Below are positions 1 to 12,706 of a stretch of DNA of 64,000 bases, one piece after another (within the stretch, counting starts at the first letter, position 1; every line of letters begins with the position of its first letter). A program made the translations under genes and the position numbers. The stretch comes from Oikopleura dioica (taxonomy: Eukaryota; Animalia; Chordata), in assembly GCA_907165135.1 (NCBI GenBank), contig OU015566.1, forward strand, positions 6,634,001 to 6,698,000, read 5' to 3'. The notes under the pieces are model-generated. The model saw only the letters and a list, made by a program, of their open reading frames with translations, made no database searches and was not told the origin of the DNA.

Positions 1-417
1 CTACTCGGCTGTCCGCGAGCAGGCTTGAGCTCATCTCTGGCCCTGATTTTCGAAAAGACGAAATCAAAAAAAAACTCAAAATTGGAAGCTTAAAAATTTG
101 AGCGCCGCGTCCTGGCAGCGTGTCCGGCGCAATTTAAGAAAATCTGAAAAAATTAGAGAGAGATTCAAGAGCACCGCCGCCGACCGCGGATTTTCAGCGA
201 CACGAGCGCCAAATTTTCACCTCCAAACATGGCTCCCGGCGCATTTTCTATCATGTACTGCAGGAATAGGTTTTACAGCTTTCATGGATTAGCCGCAAAC
301 GGGGCGCCAAGGAAATACGGATTCTGGATTAAATATCTCCGGCATAATTTATCTGCGCTCCATGATTTGGGAAATTAGGATTTTCTAGCGCTTTGTTTTC
401 AAGATTTTCAATGCCCA

Positions 418-592
418 AGCTCAGCAACCTGTTTCAAAACCTGAGTCAGGGTCTGATAAGATTTTGACTAAAGAGCCGCACAGCGGCATTTTTCTAACGA
501 AGCCGCGGAGCGGCTTTGCCAAATTTATCCTCGATTTTTGAGACACGGATCTTCTTGGACCCTGGGTCAGGTTTCTACACAGTTTCCCAATC
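418..592. mobile_element. MITE family B, copy 1
   Basis: Inverted ends caacctg..aaacctgagtcagggtc / gaccctgggtcaggtttctacacag shared with six other copies in the window. Confidence 0.75.
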
Positions 593-1020
593 TCAGCTTG
601 AAACGACCTTAAAATCAAAAAAAGAGTCATCAAAAGAGACGACATACGGCTTTTCCCTGCACAAACTAATTTCCCTGCAACATGTCAAACAGAGAGAAAG
701 GCGTAATCAAGACAAAGGAGCGTGTGGCTGAAGATGCACCAGAAAATTGTTGTGGCTCGAGCTACAATAGCGGCGACCTTTCGCGGTTGCGCCATGAAAT
801 GTCTCGCAGGGAGGTTTTTTAGGATTTCTTAACATTCGTCTATATTATAGACTCTATAATTAATGAGTTTAAATTTTGGTCTGGATTTTTTCAATCCTTT
901 GGCTGTTAAAATCATGTTTAGGCAGAAATAATTCATGAACTAGGAAAAACGCTCAATAAAAAAATAAAAGATAAAGAAGTGTTAATTTTTTTATGATTTG
1001 TACCGAGAAAATAAACTTAC

Positions 1021-2149
1021 CACGGGAGCTTCGAATAAAAAATCAGCGAGTGCGCCTTTTTTGTTCATCAGCAAGTGGATATTGATCATCAGCACCAACA
1101 TAAAACAGACAATCGTGATGAAGTATTTGCTGTCCCATCTTCTATAAACAATTTTCATTTTTACGCTTTTCTCTTTGCTTTTTTTCCCAAAAGAATTTCA
1201 AAGAAATTTTCTCTAAATCATAAAAAGTCGACGATGATTTCGGAAATTTCGATTAATTTATTCACGCCTGGTCTCTTTTAAAGCGTAACTTGAGCCGCTT
1301 TAGGCTTATTTTTATGATGCGCCGCAGAAAATGGAGGAAAAACGGGCAAATATTCACCGGCAAACGTTTGCAATTGCCATAAGCAAAAGAGCCTGACTTT
1401 GATTTCGAACATTTTATGAATGAAAAAAAAGCTTACAAAAGAGAAGTAATTTTAATCAGTTTTTCAGATGTTCAAAAGCTTGAATTTAAAAAATGAAAAT
1501 TATCAAAAAATTTAATTATTGATAAAGATCGAGAAGCCGCTTGCGGCTTCGAGAAAAAAACTTTAGCCGCGCAAAGCGCGGCTTTTTCTTTCTTTTTTTC
1601 TCGAAGCCGCAAACGACTTCCCGATTCTTACGATTTTAATTATATAAAATTATTTTATTATTAATAAATTATAAACAATAAATAAGGTTTACCTCGGCAA
1701 AAGAAAGAAGCATAATCTCGTGCGTTTTAATCTCTCTATGTCTACCCTAACTTTCGTCGCTCTTGACATTTTAAATCCGGAAAACGAAACGAACGCAAAC
1801 GTCTAACTACTACGAGACTGATGGGCTCTTTTCCGGTCATGCTGCGTCAGGCTCTTGAGCTCATAAACTTGATTTAATAATCGGTAATTAAACAATATGC
1901 GCTGTTATTACATTGGCCGCTTGGTCGGTCAATGCTCGTGCATTATCCCTAACGCGTTTTTTCATTAAAATGTCAAACTTGAAGGCTTTTCTTTGTATTA
2001 AAGTCAGCATTATTTGCCTTTTTGTTCACACGAAATTCATACCATTTCAGGCGAAAAAACGACTTTTCTGGTAATTTTCTTCAAAAATCAATCAAATTTA
2101 AAACTTACCCTTTAGATTTCTTGACACTGTTGCGTCTCTGTTTCGACAT
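1021..2149 (-). CDS. 5' exons of a type II membrane protein; product unknown, gene probably continues leftwards
   Basis: Exon 2109-2149 (ATG...GG|gtaag) splices in frame to exon ~1021-1142, giving MSKQRRNSVKKSKGRWDSKYFITIVCFMLVLMINIHLLMNKKGALADFLFEAPV|gtaag: basic N-tail plus one TM helix. Downstream exons not resolved. Confidence 0.5.
1528..1625. repeat. Triple-hairpin element family A, copy 1
   Basis: atcgagaagccgcttgcggcttc ... agccgcgcaaagcgcggct ... gaagccgcaaacgacttcccgat; homologous to 33533 and 34948. Confidence 0.8.
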
Positions 2150-3623
2150 CGCTGTATCTCCTCGATCGGCAACGTTAAATAGCTCGGTTTCAGAATTTTG
2201 AGCGCTGGAATTTGACCCTAGAGAAACAGTGTCGGACATTCAGCGGCATGCATTCTTCTTTTCTGAGCCCCTGGGCGTTCTAAATAGCTTTTGTAAGTTG
2301 AAGATTTGAGCATGAGTATTTTGTTTCAGAAGAGTTCATTTTCAAAACTTGAAAGCTTGACACATTGTGTAAATCTATCCATCTTTTAATTTGAATTTCG
2401 CAAAATTGGCAGCGAAGTCAGAAGCGAAGTTTGTTATGAAAACAATAAATGAATTTGATAATCGAACATTTTCTGTCCTTCTAAAAAATGATTGTATGAA
2501 ACAAAGTGACTAGTTAAATTCAATTGCACTTTTGGCATTCTTAACTTAATCGTTCTTTTTTATTAAAAAATTAAAAGATTAAAAATTATATTTCTAACAA
2601 TTTTCAAAAAAAAAATCGAGAAGAAAATCTCAGAAGGTCTGTAAACTTGACCGCAGAGCAGCTTTTTTTTGAACATTTCCGTGCACCTTAAACTTCAAGA
2701 TCAAGGAAAAAAACCTGTCGGCCGCAATCGGCCAAAGCTGCAGATGGATAATCCCTTGACTGAAGACCCACTTACATTTATCTTTAATCTGGACGCTTCT
2801 TCTGACTTCTCCCTTCGTTACTTTTCTGTCTTCGCGATCTTCCAATGACAATGGCTCTCAAACTAATCGCTTCCGTCTTTGGACTCTTGAGAAATTGGCA
2901 ATACTTTAAAAAGAGTAACAACAAAAAAGGAGTGGTGTTACTCACTGCTCAAGGCCCCGGAGGGTTGGAGCACCACACCCAACCTCCACCATACATTTCA
3001 CCCATAACTAGACCGCTCAAATAAATACCACACGGAAGAGCCAGTCAGTCTAGTGCCCACCAAAAGTTTGGACTCTGAGGGCTAATGGTTATTTTAAATA
3101 ATAAATACTTTCTTCTGATAAAAGCTTTATCTGTCTATTTTTAGAAAAGGAAACTCAAAGGTGAAGTTTCATATTTGCAAACAAGAATAATTTATTCTCA
3201 ATAATGATAGTTCTTCTTACATCTTTGGAACTTCCTCCGGAGGATTTATCATGACATGTGCAGATGCAGATATTTGAGATAGAGATTTAAATACTTCTTC
3301 TTTCAAATATTTGAGTTTGTCTTAAAATTTCACGGACTACCTCATCATCGTCGCGTTTCCAAGATAAATTGATATTTGCAAGAATTCGAATTTCGAACGA
3401 TTATTTTTTTGGAATGAATATGAGATACATGGTATAAGATGGTGAAGTACGCGAAACAAGTCAGAAAGGCAAGTTGGTGGGTCATTATTACGTCGATTTT
3501 GCTCATAAGGAACGGTTCGAACTTCATAATTTTGTGAGAAAATCTAAGAGTGAAATATTTTTGAGAATGCAGTTCTTTTTGCCTTAAAATTAACATTTTC
3601 CATCTAAGCCATATAATATATAA

Positions 3624-4662
3624 TAGGGACTTTCACGGAAAAATCAAGGTGCTCCGATAACTATGAAAATTTATCATCTAGTACAGTTTTTTTCGCTGAT
3701 TCCAAATATGTACTTAATTTTTACATAAATCCACATGGTGGCGCGTGAGAGCGCTTCAAACTTTCGAAGATGGCACCCCTTATACTAGCCTTTCAGGTTA
3801 TTTCATTCCACAAATGGTTTGAATAAAGTAATCTTGCCATCAAACCTCTTTCTCGTGATATTTTCTCGAAAGAGCTGACTATTTAAGCCTTTAATAAGCC
3901 TGAAAAGCTCTCAGAACAAGCATTTATTTTTAGCGCTGTCTCACAGCGAGGCGCGCTAATCTTAATCAATTCACTGAGCGGAAATAAGAATAAATAGTTT
4001 ATTTTGATCAGTATTAGGCAGTAAAAACAGCTGTTATCATTCTTCACAGCTCTTTTAAATCGAAGGAGTATTCTGCATTTTGACTTTCCATAGTGTACTT
4101 GTTTTTCTTATCTTCCTCGATTTCATCTCTTGTTGTGAGCCCTTTTTCTATCAATTTTTCTTCGGCTTCCTCCAAAGTTAATTTCATTTCATATTATGTG
4201 CTTTGTAAAAATGCTCAAGAACTTGCAGCAAGAAATCGAACCACTCATTTTGTCACCTTCCACCGAAAGGTTCGGCCCTCGCTGCGGGCGATGCTGCTCC
4301 AGGCCCTTCGCGCGGTGCCCCGCGTCGCGCGAGTTGCGACATGCCTCTAGTTATCTGAAGATTTCAAGCGGCTAGTACGCCCAAGTAAAAATATTTTTTC
4401 AGAGATTCAAGGGAAGTGTCTGATAGAGAATATATCGAAAAAAGAGTGACCTGGCAAGGCATGGTCTATATAATTCACCTCTTTGAAAGATAAATTTCGT
4501 GTTTTTCATAATATTCAATATTTTTTTGCCAATTTTTCAATCATATTTGGAATCAGCAGGTAAGAAAACATATGTTGTCTGAAAAAACAAGAAAAATCGA
4601 TGACTATTTCGGGTAGTTGGGAAAGCGAAAATTGGGCCCTGACGCTCCCGTGATAGTCCCTA
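3624..4662. mobile_element. Putative ~1 kb non-autonomous DNA transposon
   Basis: Terminal inverted repeat tagggactttcacgg / ccgtgatagtcccta; no convincing TSD beyond TA; no coding capacity. Confidence 0.5.
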
Positions 4663-4805
4663 ATGGGCCATATTGAAAATTTGCAATTGTTCCAACGGAG
4701 CTTGATCAACAGGCCACCTTTGATTGCGTGAGCAGTAAGCTGTAGCTAGAATAAATTAAATTGCTGTGCGGCATTGCACCAGAAGGCTTTTTTCATTTTT
4801 CCTAG

Positions 4806-6419
4806 ACTGCTTTCCACACCTTTGCCCGGTACACTTGTCGTCTAACCGCAAACAGTCTTGACATCATTGTCGTCACCAATCAAGCACTATTCGACTTCAT
4901 GCCCTCATATGGGATAGGAATGATTGCAGGATGTCTGGGAGTTCTAGCTGCATTCCTTGGTCTAAGAGCGTCGAAGGAAAAGTCGGCCGTGATATTCTTT
5001 AGCAGCTTTAAAAGAGTCTCGATTCTGGCTACTTTTGGTGCGATTTGTGCAATGGGAGGTGTACTTTGGCTTGGGATTATTTTCTCAATTCATGTAAGAT
5101 TCAAAATCTTCATACGCATCAAAATATCGTCTCTATTAGACCGTTTGTTTGGAAAAAGTCGATGTTCCGCTGCACTACGACTCGCTTTTTCTCAATCAAA
5201 CTTGCTACAACTTCGTGGACGACTGGACTTATGAAAATGAGACCAGCATCGATTCAACCGATGATGGTGAATTCATCTTAGAGGAAAGCTTTTTCAATAG
5301 CGAAGCATTGTTCTTCGGAGACTTGGACTCTCGCAGCAAAGACGTGTTTTTTTTAAGGTTAACGAAGTTTTCCAGCCCACTTCCGCCTTACAGACCCCCC
5401 AACACCATACCTTTTTAGAATCACCAGAGAATTTTAAGAACTTTGATGGTTTTAGATTCTAGAAAAGTCCACTTCCGGTCGATTCTAGAGCCGGAAGTTG
5501 ACGAAATTTGGGAGTACTGGTAGAGTGTAACCTATCAAATCGATGCCCAGAAGATTTTGAGTCATCCTATGATCAATATATCAGAAGACACAGTCTCAAA
5601 CGTGGCCAAACCGACCGGTAAAATTATGTAAAAAAGCCATAAATTGATGATTTTTTTTCAGTTTTATTCGGTTTGTCTGACCGCGGTTCGGGTTAGTTAC
5701 CCTTCCAAAAGACTAGAAATTTCACAAGCTTTAATTTAATAGGTCACATGCATGCCTTTATTAAGTTTTAAGCCAACTTCCGGCTCTAGAATCGACCGGA
5801 AGTGGACTTTTCTAGAATCTAAAACCATCAAAGTTCTTAAAATTCTCTGGTGATTCTAAAAAGGTATGGTGTTTGGGGGTCTATAAGGTGGACCTGGGCT
5901 GGAAAACTTCGTTAACCTTAAAAAAAGCACGTCAAAGAAGGATCTGGAGAGTATTCAGGTAAAGTTCAACTGTCTTGAACATAAATTGAGATTGCTAGGC
6001 GACGGATCCGGGGAAGAGATTGACATTTTCGAAGAGCGTTTTTCAAGGCCAGGTAGGAGGATTATTACGGTTTATTAATTGTTACCCAACGCTATGTAAA
6101 AGATAATTTATTTATTTAAGCCTTGGCAAAGACGTATTATTTCTCTTTGTTTACGGAAATAGTCCTTCTTCTCATTGATTTCATAATACTCATTCTACTA
6201 GCACAATCTGCAGGATCACGGGATATGATAATACTAGAAATTCTCACTAGTTTCCTTGCACGTCGAAATATCTCATACAAAGGATGCTGTTTTTGCTGCG
6301 AAGATAATTCCGTGGATCCTATGGAAAGCCAGAGAACCTCCTATGTGGAATCTGACGCAGATTCTCCGTCAAATGACAGCTCGTCAGAGGAAGATTCAGA
6401 TTCAGAAACCGAAGCTTAA
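4806..6419 (+). CDS. Multi-pass membrane protein with an acidic Ser-Gly-rich loop; 5' exon(s) unresolved
   Basis: Exons ~4806-5092 (two TM helices), 5140-~5340, ~5938-5958, 5999-6052 and 6121-6419 (TM helix, Cys cluster CCFCC, acidic tail) join in frame. Loop reads ...DLDSR-(K/E)GSGEYSGDGSGEE. Confidence 0.65.
5341..5933. mobile_element. Foldback MITE with ~170-bp inverted arms and an inner TTAA-GG..CC-TTAA core (Kolobok-like)
   Basis: gacgtgttttttttaaggttaacgaagttttccagccc.. mirrors ..gggctggaaaacttcgttaaccttaaaaaaagcacgtc; direct repeat caaaga overlaps both ends. Confidence 0.9.
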
Positions 6420-6918
6420 CCCAGCCAAAAAGCTGCGATGTCGATGGAAATTTGATGCCCATCTGTATCTGAAGACAATTTGTCTCCCTCCTTTTTAATT
6501 GAAAACAACACATGCCTTTATATGGGGCCCGTGGTTGATATTCTCATATCATACACAAGCCAAATACACATTTTTCAAATATATTATATTTTCATAAAAG
6601 AATTCTGTCTAATAAAGATTTGTAACGATATTTTGATCTCGGCTTGAAGAGAAGGTCAGTTTTGTGCTTGAAATGTATAAATTGAATTGAAAAAAAAACG
6701 AGGAAAAATTAATTGGAACTAGATGTAATGAAAAGGTATGAATGCAAAGACTAACACAATGGCTGGATGGCTGGATTGGATTTGTTGAAATTAAAATATA
6801 CTAAATCATTTTGTAGGTCATTTGTACAGATATACATTCATGAAATGGGAGAGCAGGTCGTTCTTGGATCATTCGGCAATGGTTTCGTTCAGAGAAGTGT
6901 CTTATTCTAGCTTTAGGT

Positions 6919-8657
6919 CTATTCGTCGGCGAGTTTTCCCGGAATGACTGGCAGAAGAAGCTGCAACTTTCGAGTGATAGACTCTTAATTTACTGTCAGC
7001 TTTCGTTTATAAAAGATTTCTGTACCTGTGATTCTTTCGCAGCCATTCGCAAAGGCTTTAATACATCCACACTTGTCTAGCCAGTCTGTTTTCTTCCATA
7101 AATACCAGGGAATTATTCCGGAGAACATCATTCCGCAGCCGATCAAGGTATCGACTGGTTCAGTTACGAGAGGCACCACAATCAGGAGGGTGCACATGAG
7201 AGTGAAAATAATCGGCCAGGCGAGACTGAATTTGATGGGTCTCGGGCGATCCGGTTGTGTGAAGCGAAGGTAGATTTGACCAGCGACGGAGAGGCCAACA
7301 GTAAGCCAGTACGTGAAGCTGTAGTAGTTGACCAAATCAAAGACATTTGGCACGAGAAGATAGAGGATAGTTAGAAGTCCGGTAAAGATCATGGCTGAAA
7401 GAAAATTCCGTTGTCAGGGAAGAAAGAGGAAATGATCGGATTTACCTGGCGCAGGAGTACCCGAGTTTCCCTTGAAAGTAATCATGGAAATCCACTGAGG
7501 CAAGTGGCCTTCTCGGGATCCAACCATAAAAAGACGGCTTGAAGCCATCATGGACGAGTTCAAGCCGCCCCAGCAGGACATGGCGACGCAGATGGGGACG
7601 CAGATGCCGCCGATGGAGCCAAGTGTACGAGTCGCCATATCGTTTGCAAGAGCCGCCGAAGACATGATCTCGGATGGAGTTAAAACAGCGAGGTAAGCGA
7701 CGTTAATGGAGACATAGATGAGAATGACAATGGGCATAGAAATCCAGATCGCCTAAGACTAATTACTCGTTGAGCTAACCTTATTGCTTACCTTAGGCAT
7801 ATTGACGAAGGGATCCTGAAGTTCTTCAACTAAAAAGTTGAGAGTATCCCAACCAGAGTACGAGAAAAGTCCCTGATACAAGCCGATAACGATGGAAAGT
7901 GGATCGTATTTGGAATTTGTCCAGGCTCCGGTGGTGAAGTTAGTCACTTGCCCGGAAGAAGTAAAGAAGAGGTAGTAAAGACCAGTAAAGACAAGTACGA
8001 TCAAAGCTGCTACTTTTGCATAGGCTAGGAGTAAAACTAGAGAGGGAATTTTTAACGGACCAATTACCGAAGACGTCAGTAAGGCGGGTGCCGTAGCGAA
8101 CATTGATACTGTTCACATACATGATTGAAAAGATACAGGCAGCGGCAACAAGACGAGTCGAGAGCATATCTGGCTCGCAGTTTGGATTGAAGGGCTGGCA
8201 TTGGGTTAATTTTGTTGAAGAAAAATTTGCATTTACCTGAAGCAAGTACTGTCCAAATGTGATGGCGATTGTGGCTTGAACTGTAGGTTCGATAACAAGA
8301 ACAGAAATCCAAAGTCGGAGGAAAGCAATAAACTCGCCAAAGGCTTCGAGAATGTAGGCATAGGAAGCACCAGATTTCACGATAGTTGTTCCAAGCTCAG
8401 CGTAGCAAATAGCGCCTATCAGCGAGAAAAGACCAGCGAAAGACCAACTGATGAGCGAGAGCGCGGGGGAGCCGGAAGCAAAGAGAACAGCGGTTGGCGT
8501 CAGAAAAATTCCAGAGCCGATGATATTTCCAACAATTAGAGTAACACCATTTCTAAAATTCGGTAAAATAACGTCGAATCAGGTTCATTTACCTTAGCGT
8601 AATTTTCTTCTTCAGGCTGTCACCACCGCCCCCTACTACGGTTCCTTCTGTACCCAT
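6919..8657 (-). CDS. L-type amino acid transporter light chain (SLC7 LAT/y+LAT family)
   Basis: [66 protein letters not shown] and [13 protein letters not shown] motifs across several short-intron exons. Confidence 0.93.
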
Positions 8658-9007
8658 TTTTCCGCAGTTAAACGACCCTTTCTTTTCTCACTCTAAAACT
8701 GTAAGTAACAGGCTGCCCCAACGCCCATTTTTGCAATCAGTAAATTTTGTTGTCTTACAGAAGTCCAGGCAAATACACATGAATACACAGAACTTAAAAA
8801 CACGCGGAGAAAATACATATTTTTTGTTATATTAGCAGTAACTGACAGTGATCGATTTTATCTTTCTTTGATTCCTTTTTTTCAAGTTTGAAAATTATAC
8901 TTTTTTTCGTGGTTTTTTGAAGAGATTAAAGTTGAACATGTCTCTTTTGTTTAAAATTCAAAAATATGATACAAGTTGAAAATAGCTCTTGAAGCACAGC
9001 GGGTATC

Positions 9008-12000
9008 TTACGCAATGTAAAGGTAAATCGGGGCGTCATCTGTCGAGTCTGGACTCGTTTCGATGAAGTTTTTCTCTAGCAGACTTTTCAGTGTGGTTTT
9101 CATGAAAGGCGTGGTTGGCATGAAGCTACCCTTCGCTTCTTTCTGAACCTCGATCAGCAGCTCATTATATGTCGCTTGTCTGTTTTTTGGGGGTGAGGAA
9201 AAAAATTCAATTATCACTGTCTAGGGAAACAGAAACAAAAAGTCTCGAAAAGATCTCAACCTCTTGCCTGATACGCTTCATGATGCGGCTAATAGCTGCT
9301 TGGAGCCAATATTTTCTATCTTCTTGAACTGTTTGGAGGACATTGGCTCGTTCTTTGTCGCTCATACTGTTATCTACAGACAAATGCTAGTTATGAAATA
9401 AAATTAAGAAATGTACCTTTCTGAGCGTTTGGCGTCAATTTAACTTTTGTGCCCTTCTTCTCAAACTTGTCATTTATCGTCAGGGTTGTATACTCCGTCA
9501 GATCTCCTCCACCGAGAACTATCAAGAGCTCGTTGTCGATCAGAGGTCTTACTTGCTGAAAAAGGGTTGAAGATTAGGTAGATTTCTGAACCCACCTTGT
9601 GGATCTCCTTCGTGTCCAGATCCGTGTGATCAGACATTTCCTTGACGGACATGTTTTCCCGGTGATTGAATGCCAGTAGGATTGCAGTTTGATACGTAGT
9701 TACTGTCAATAACTGGACCTTGGGAGTCTTGTTAGTTTTCAGCTCAGCTATGGACATGTGATACAGCCACGTAAGTCTGCGTTGATCTTTATGCTTCTCT
9801 CTAAAGGACGATTTGAAACGATAAATTCAACGACAAGTACTTACTCATAATATTTCTCGTAGCTTTTGACTGATATTTCGAGTTCCTTTGGAATCGTGAA
9901 CGAGTTCGGTGCCTTGTTATACATGACCGTGGGCCAAGCAGATTTGCCAAGAACTTTAACATCAAGACCTGATAAAAGGGTTGACTTTCAGGTTTAAAAT
10001 AAAGCAAAAGTACCGGAAGATGCATAATCTTTTTGGTGGTACTCGCTCATTTGAGTCTGTGAGAGAATAATGTCGTCGTACATTCGCTTGATTTTCGATG
10101 TAAACTCGTACCTTCAATTTCATGATGCCAATTTTTTCCCGAATAAATTACTTACAGACAGACTTCTTTCAGCCTTCCAATCATCATTCTCTCTGATTCG
10201 ATGCATGTGCTGTGCCCGTAGATCAATCTCTTGGCAAGTCTTCGTGAATAGCTTGCTAAAGGCAGTCATTTAAAATTAGCTTCTGCTTAAATTTGGGTCA
10301 GCGTGGGAAATTGTGTTCCTATGGCACGAACCATGATATCATCGATGGTGAAAGGTAACACATTGTTGGGGATGATGAAAGTTTGCGCGTTACGTAACTG
10401 CAGTGAACTATGACGCCTTTGTTTAAAAAAAATGTCGTTTAGTTCTTTGAAAAATGTTCTCGTCCGTTACACAGAAATTGCGAAACGAAGAGAATCGAAA
10501 ACCGTCGGTTCCTTGGGTTCACCAAAGAGGTCACTCCCGTAGATATCCTTGAGACCCCGGAAATAAGTTATTGGAAATTCGAATATGCGCTCAAGCTGAC
10601 AGATGGCTTGGTGAGTCTGAGGGCTCGCCTGTGACCTTTAGGTTATAAATATTCTTCTTTCATATCTTCTTTCATATGAAGATTGCGGAAAGCCGTTTTT
10701 CATGAAGTAACTTACTTTGGAAGATATCCTTTTCAGCAACAAATTCTAAGCATTTTATTATCTCGTCGATCTTATCCACGACTTCTTCTTGCCCCTTCTT
10801 CTTCAAAATCAAATCTGCGTAGTGAGCCAAATATTCAGGAGCGCGCGATCTGTCGTTTTCGTTTTTGGGATCTTTGTAGTTAACTGTTTGCTGGGTTTAG
10901 AAAAATCAAGGAAGAGATTCTCTCCGAAAAAAAAGAAATATTTCAAAACCGTCACGATAGTTCTCATAGCATCCTTGAGGCTCTCAAGAAACTGCTTATC
11001 AGGTTGCAATACTGCCATGCTTTCAAGAGCATCGTACGCTGTTTGAAGCTCCATTTCCGGTTCATTAACGAATACCTAAATAAAATTCAGTCATCCCTTT
11101 TTCCACAAATGAAGGAATCCTACCCGATCAACGAATTTCTTGTATTGATCGTAATGATTGCATGTTGCTTCGACAAACTCCTTTGGGTTCTTTATTTTCT
11201 TGATTTTTCTGACTCCGATTTCTTCGACGTATTGCTTGAACATCTTTACTAGCTTTGAAAGTGGATCTTCCATGTCTTGGAAGAGCCTGTAGAGTTGATT
11301 TAGCTGCTCAGCGTTTTCTGTCTTTCAAATTGGCTTCAAAGCTGATTACTTTCATAAGGAAAAAAGGGCTAGAACTATTCGTTTGTCGGCCCATTCCTTG
11401 ACCATGGTCTCACCAGCTTCGAGCAAAAAGTCCAGAGCGTCATAAATAAGCGACTTGACAAGACACTCCTTCTGCTTCTGAACCGTCGATCGATCAAAAA
11501 GTGAAAATGCCCGCCGGTCCTCTATTTTGATAATGTCGAGTACCCGCATGATGTAATTCCCCACGTCTCCTTGTGCTAGAATTCGCTTCCCTTCCTGGTC
11601 GTAAAAGGATGATGTTGAAGCGAGAAGGCGTTTTTCGAAAGCGTTCTTGATAATATTGAAGGAGACAATTTCTAAAGGAGAATTTACCTGGTAAAGATCC
11701 ATGCGATTTCTTTGTTTGTGGTGACAGACGTCCATGAATGACTTTACTACTGTATGAACTTGGCCTCTTTGTACATCTTGAATCAGGCATCCTAGATTTC
11801 AATCATCAATAATCCCGAATTCTTCGAAAAGAGAAGCTCACCAGATCTCATAAGTTCAATCAGATTCAAACAAGCATCAACGAGCTTATCCGCCATTTTA
11901 TCAATCACAAACTTTCTCCATTTTTCAAAGGCAAGATGAGCTACTGACAGGGCGAATTCATATTTATCCCTGTTGTCGACCAAATGTGCTTCCACACTGG

Positions 12001-12519
12001 AGTAGTTGAGATTGTGGACGTGGTTTTTGTTCAGGTACCGGCAGACGTTGTTTATATCACCAGTCGCTTTCTGAAAATTTTTGATATTGAATGACGGCAT
12101 TTTGCGGCAGATTAAGTGTCCAGAGGGACGGAAAATGGTTATTATGACGTTTATATAAGACCCAATAATATCATTTACCTGATAGCGTGTCCATTTTTCC
12201 GTATATTCTTCGAGAAGCTGTTGGCGTTCATATTGACACAGCATCGTTGCTTTTTCTTGCGATTTTTCTTCGAAGTAATTTGAAATGTTGGAGTAGAGTT
12301 CTTCTGACTTGGGTTCTGGGTTCGCTGTACAAATCCTGTACACACGTCTAAAAAAATAAAAACGACCATTAAAAAGCATGCCGCTTACCCATATTGGCTT
12401 TGATAATTGTCTCTGTCCCATCTTTGAATAAAAGCACTGTCGAGGCTCTTTCGAAACTCACTCCATTCTTGATCAAAGTCGATCTCCTGAGGTTGGAGGC
12501 CAGATGGTTGCGACACCAT
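9008..12519 (-). CDS. CUL2: Cullin-2 (divergent)
   Basis: N-term QEIDFDQEW and VYRICTANPEP; APEYLAHYADLILKK; YSRRLAKRLIYG; TVTTYQTAILLAFN; neddylation motif QAAISRIMK; C-term YLYIA. Confidence 0.85.
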
Positions 12520-12706
12520 CTACTTGTTAAATGGAGTCCCTTTTGGACGGCAGCGGAACTAAACTCTTGTCATTGACTTTGAGCGGTACAAACAAGGAAT
12601 TCTAGAGAGCAGAAGAAATATCAGTGATAGTGCGTCAATAACATGTATTGTTGATAATTGGCAGTGTGCAAATTCGACTGGCAAAAATGTAGAAATTCTA
12701 GAGCTG

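Noticed and set aside
2950-3640. RNase MRP-like pair GAAAGTCCC ... CCGGGGC on the minus strand
   Set aside because: The motifs are ~675 nt apart with AT-rich DNA between, the P4 pairing is incomplete, and the first motif is part of a transposon TIR.
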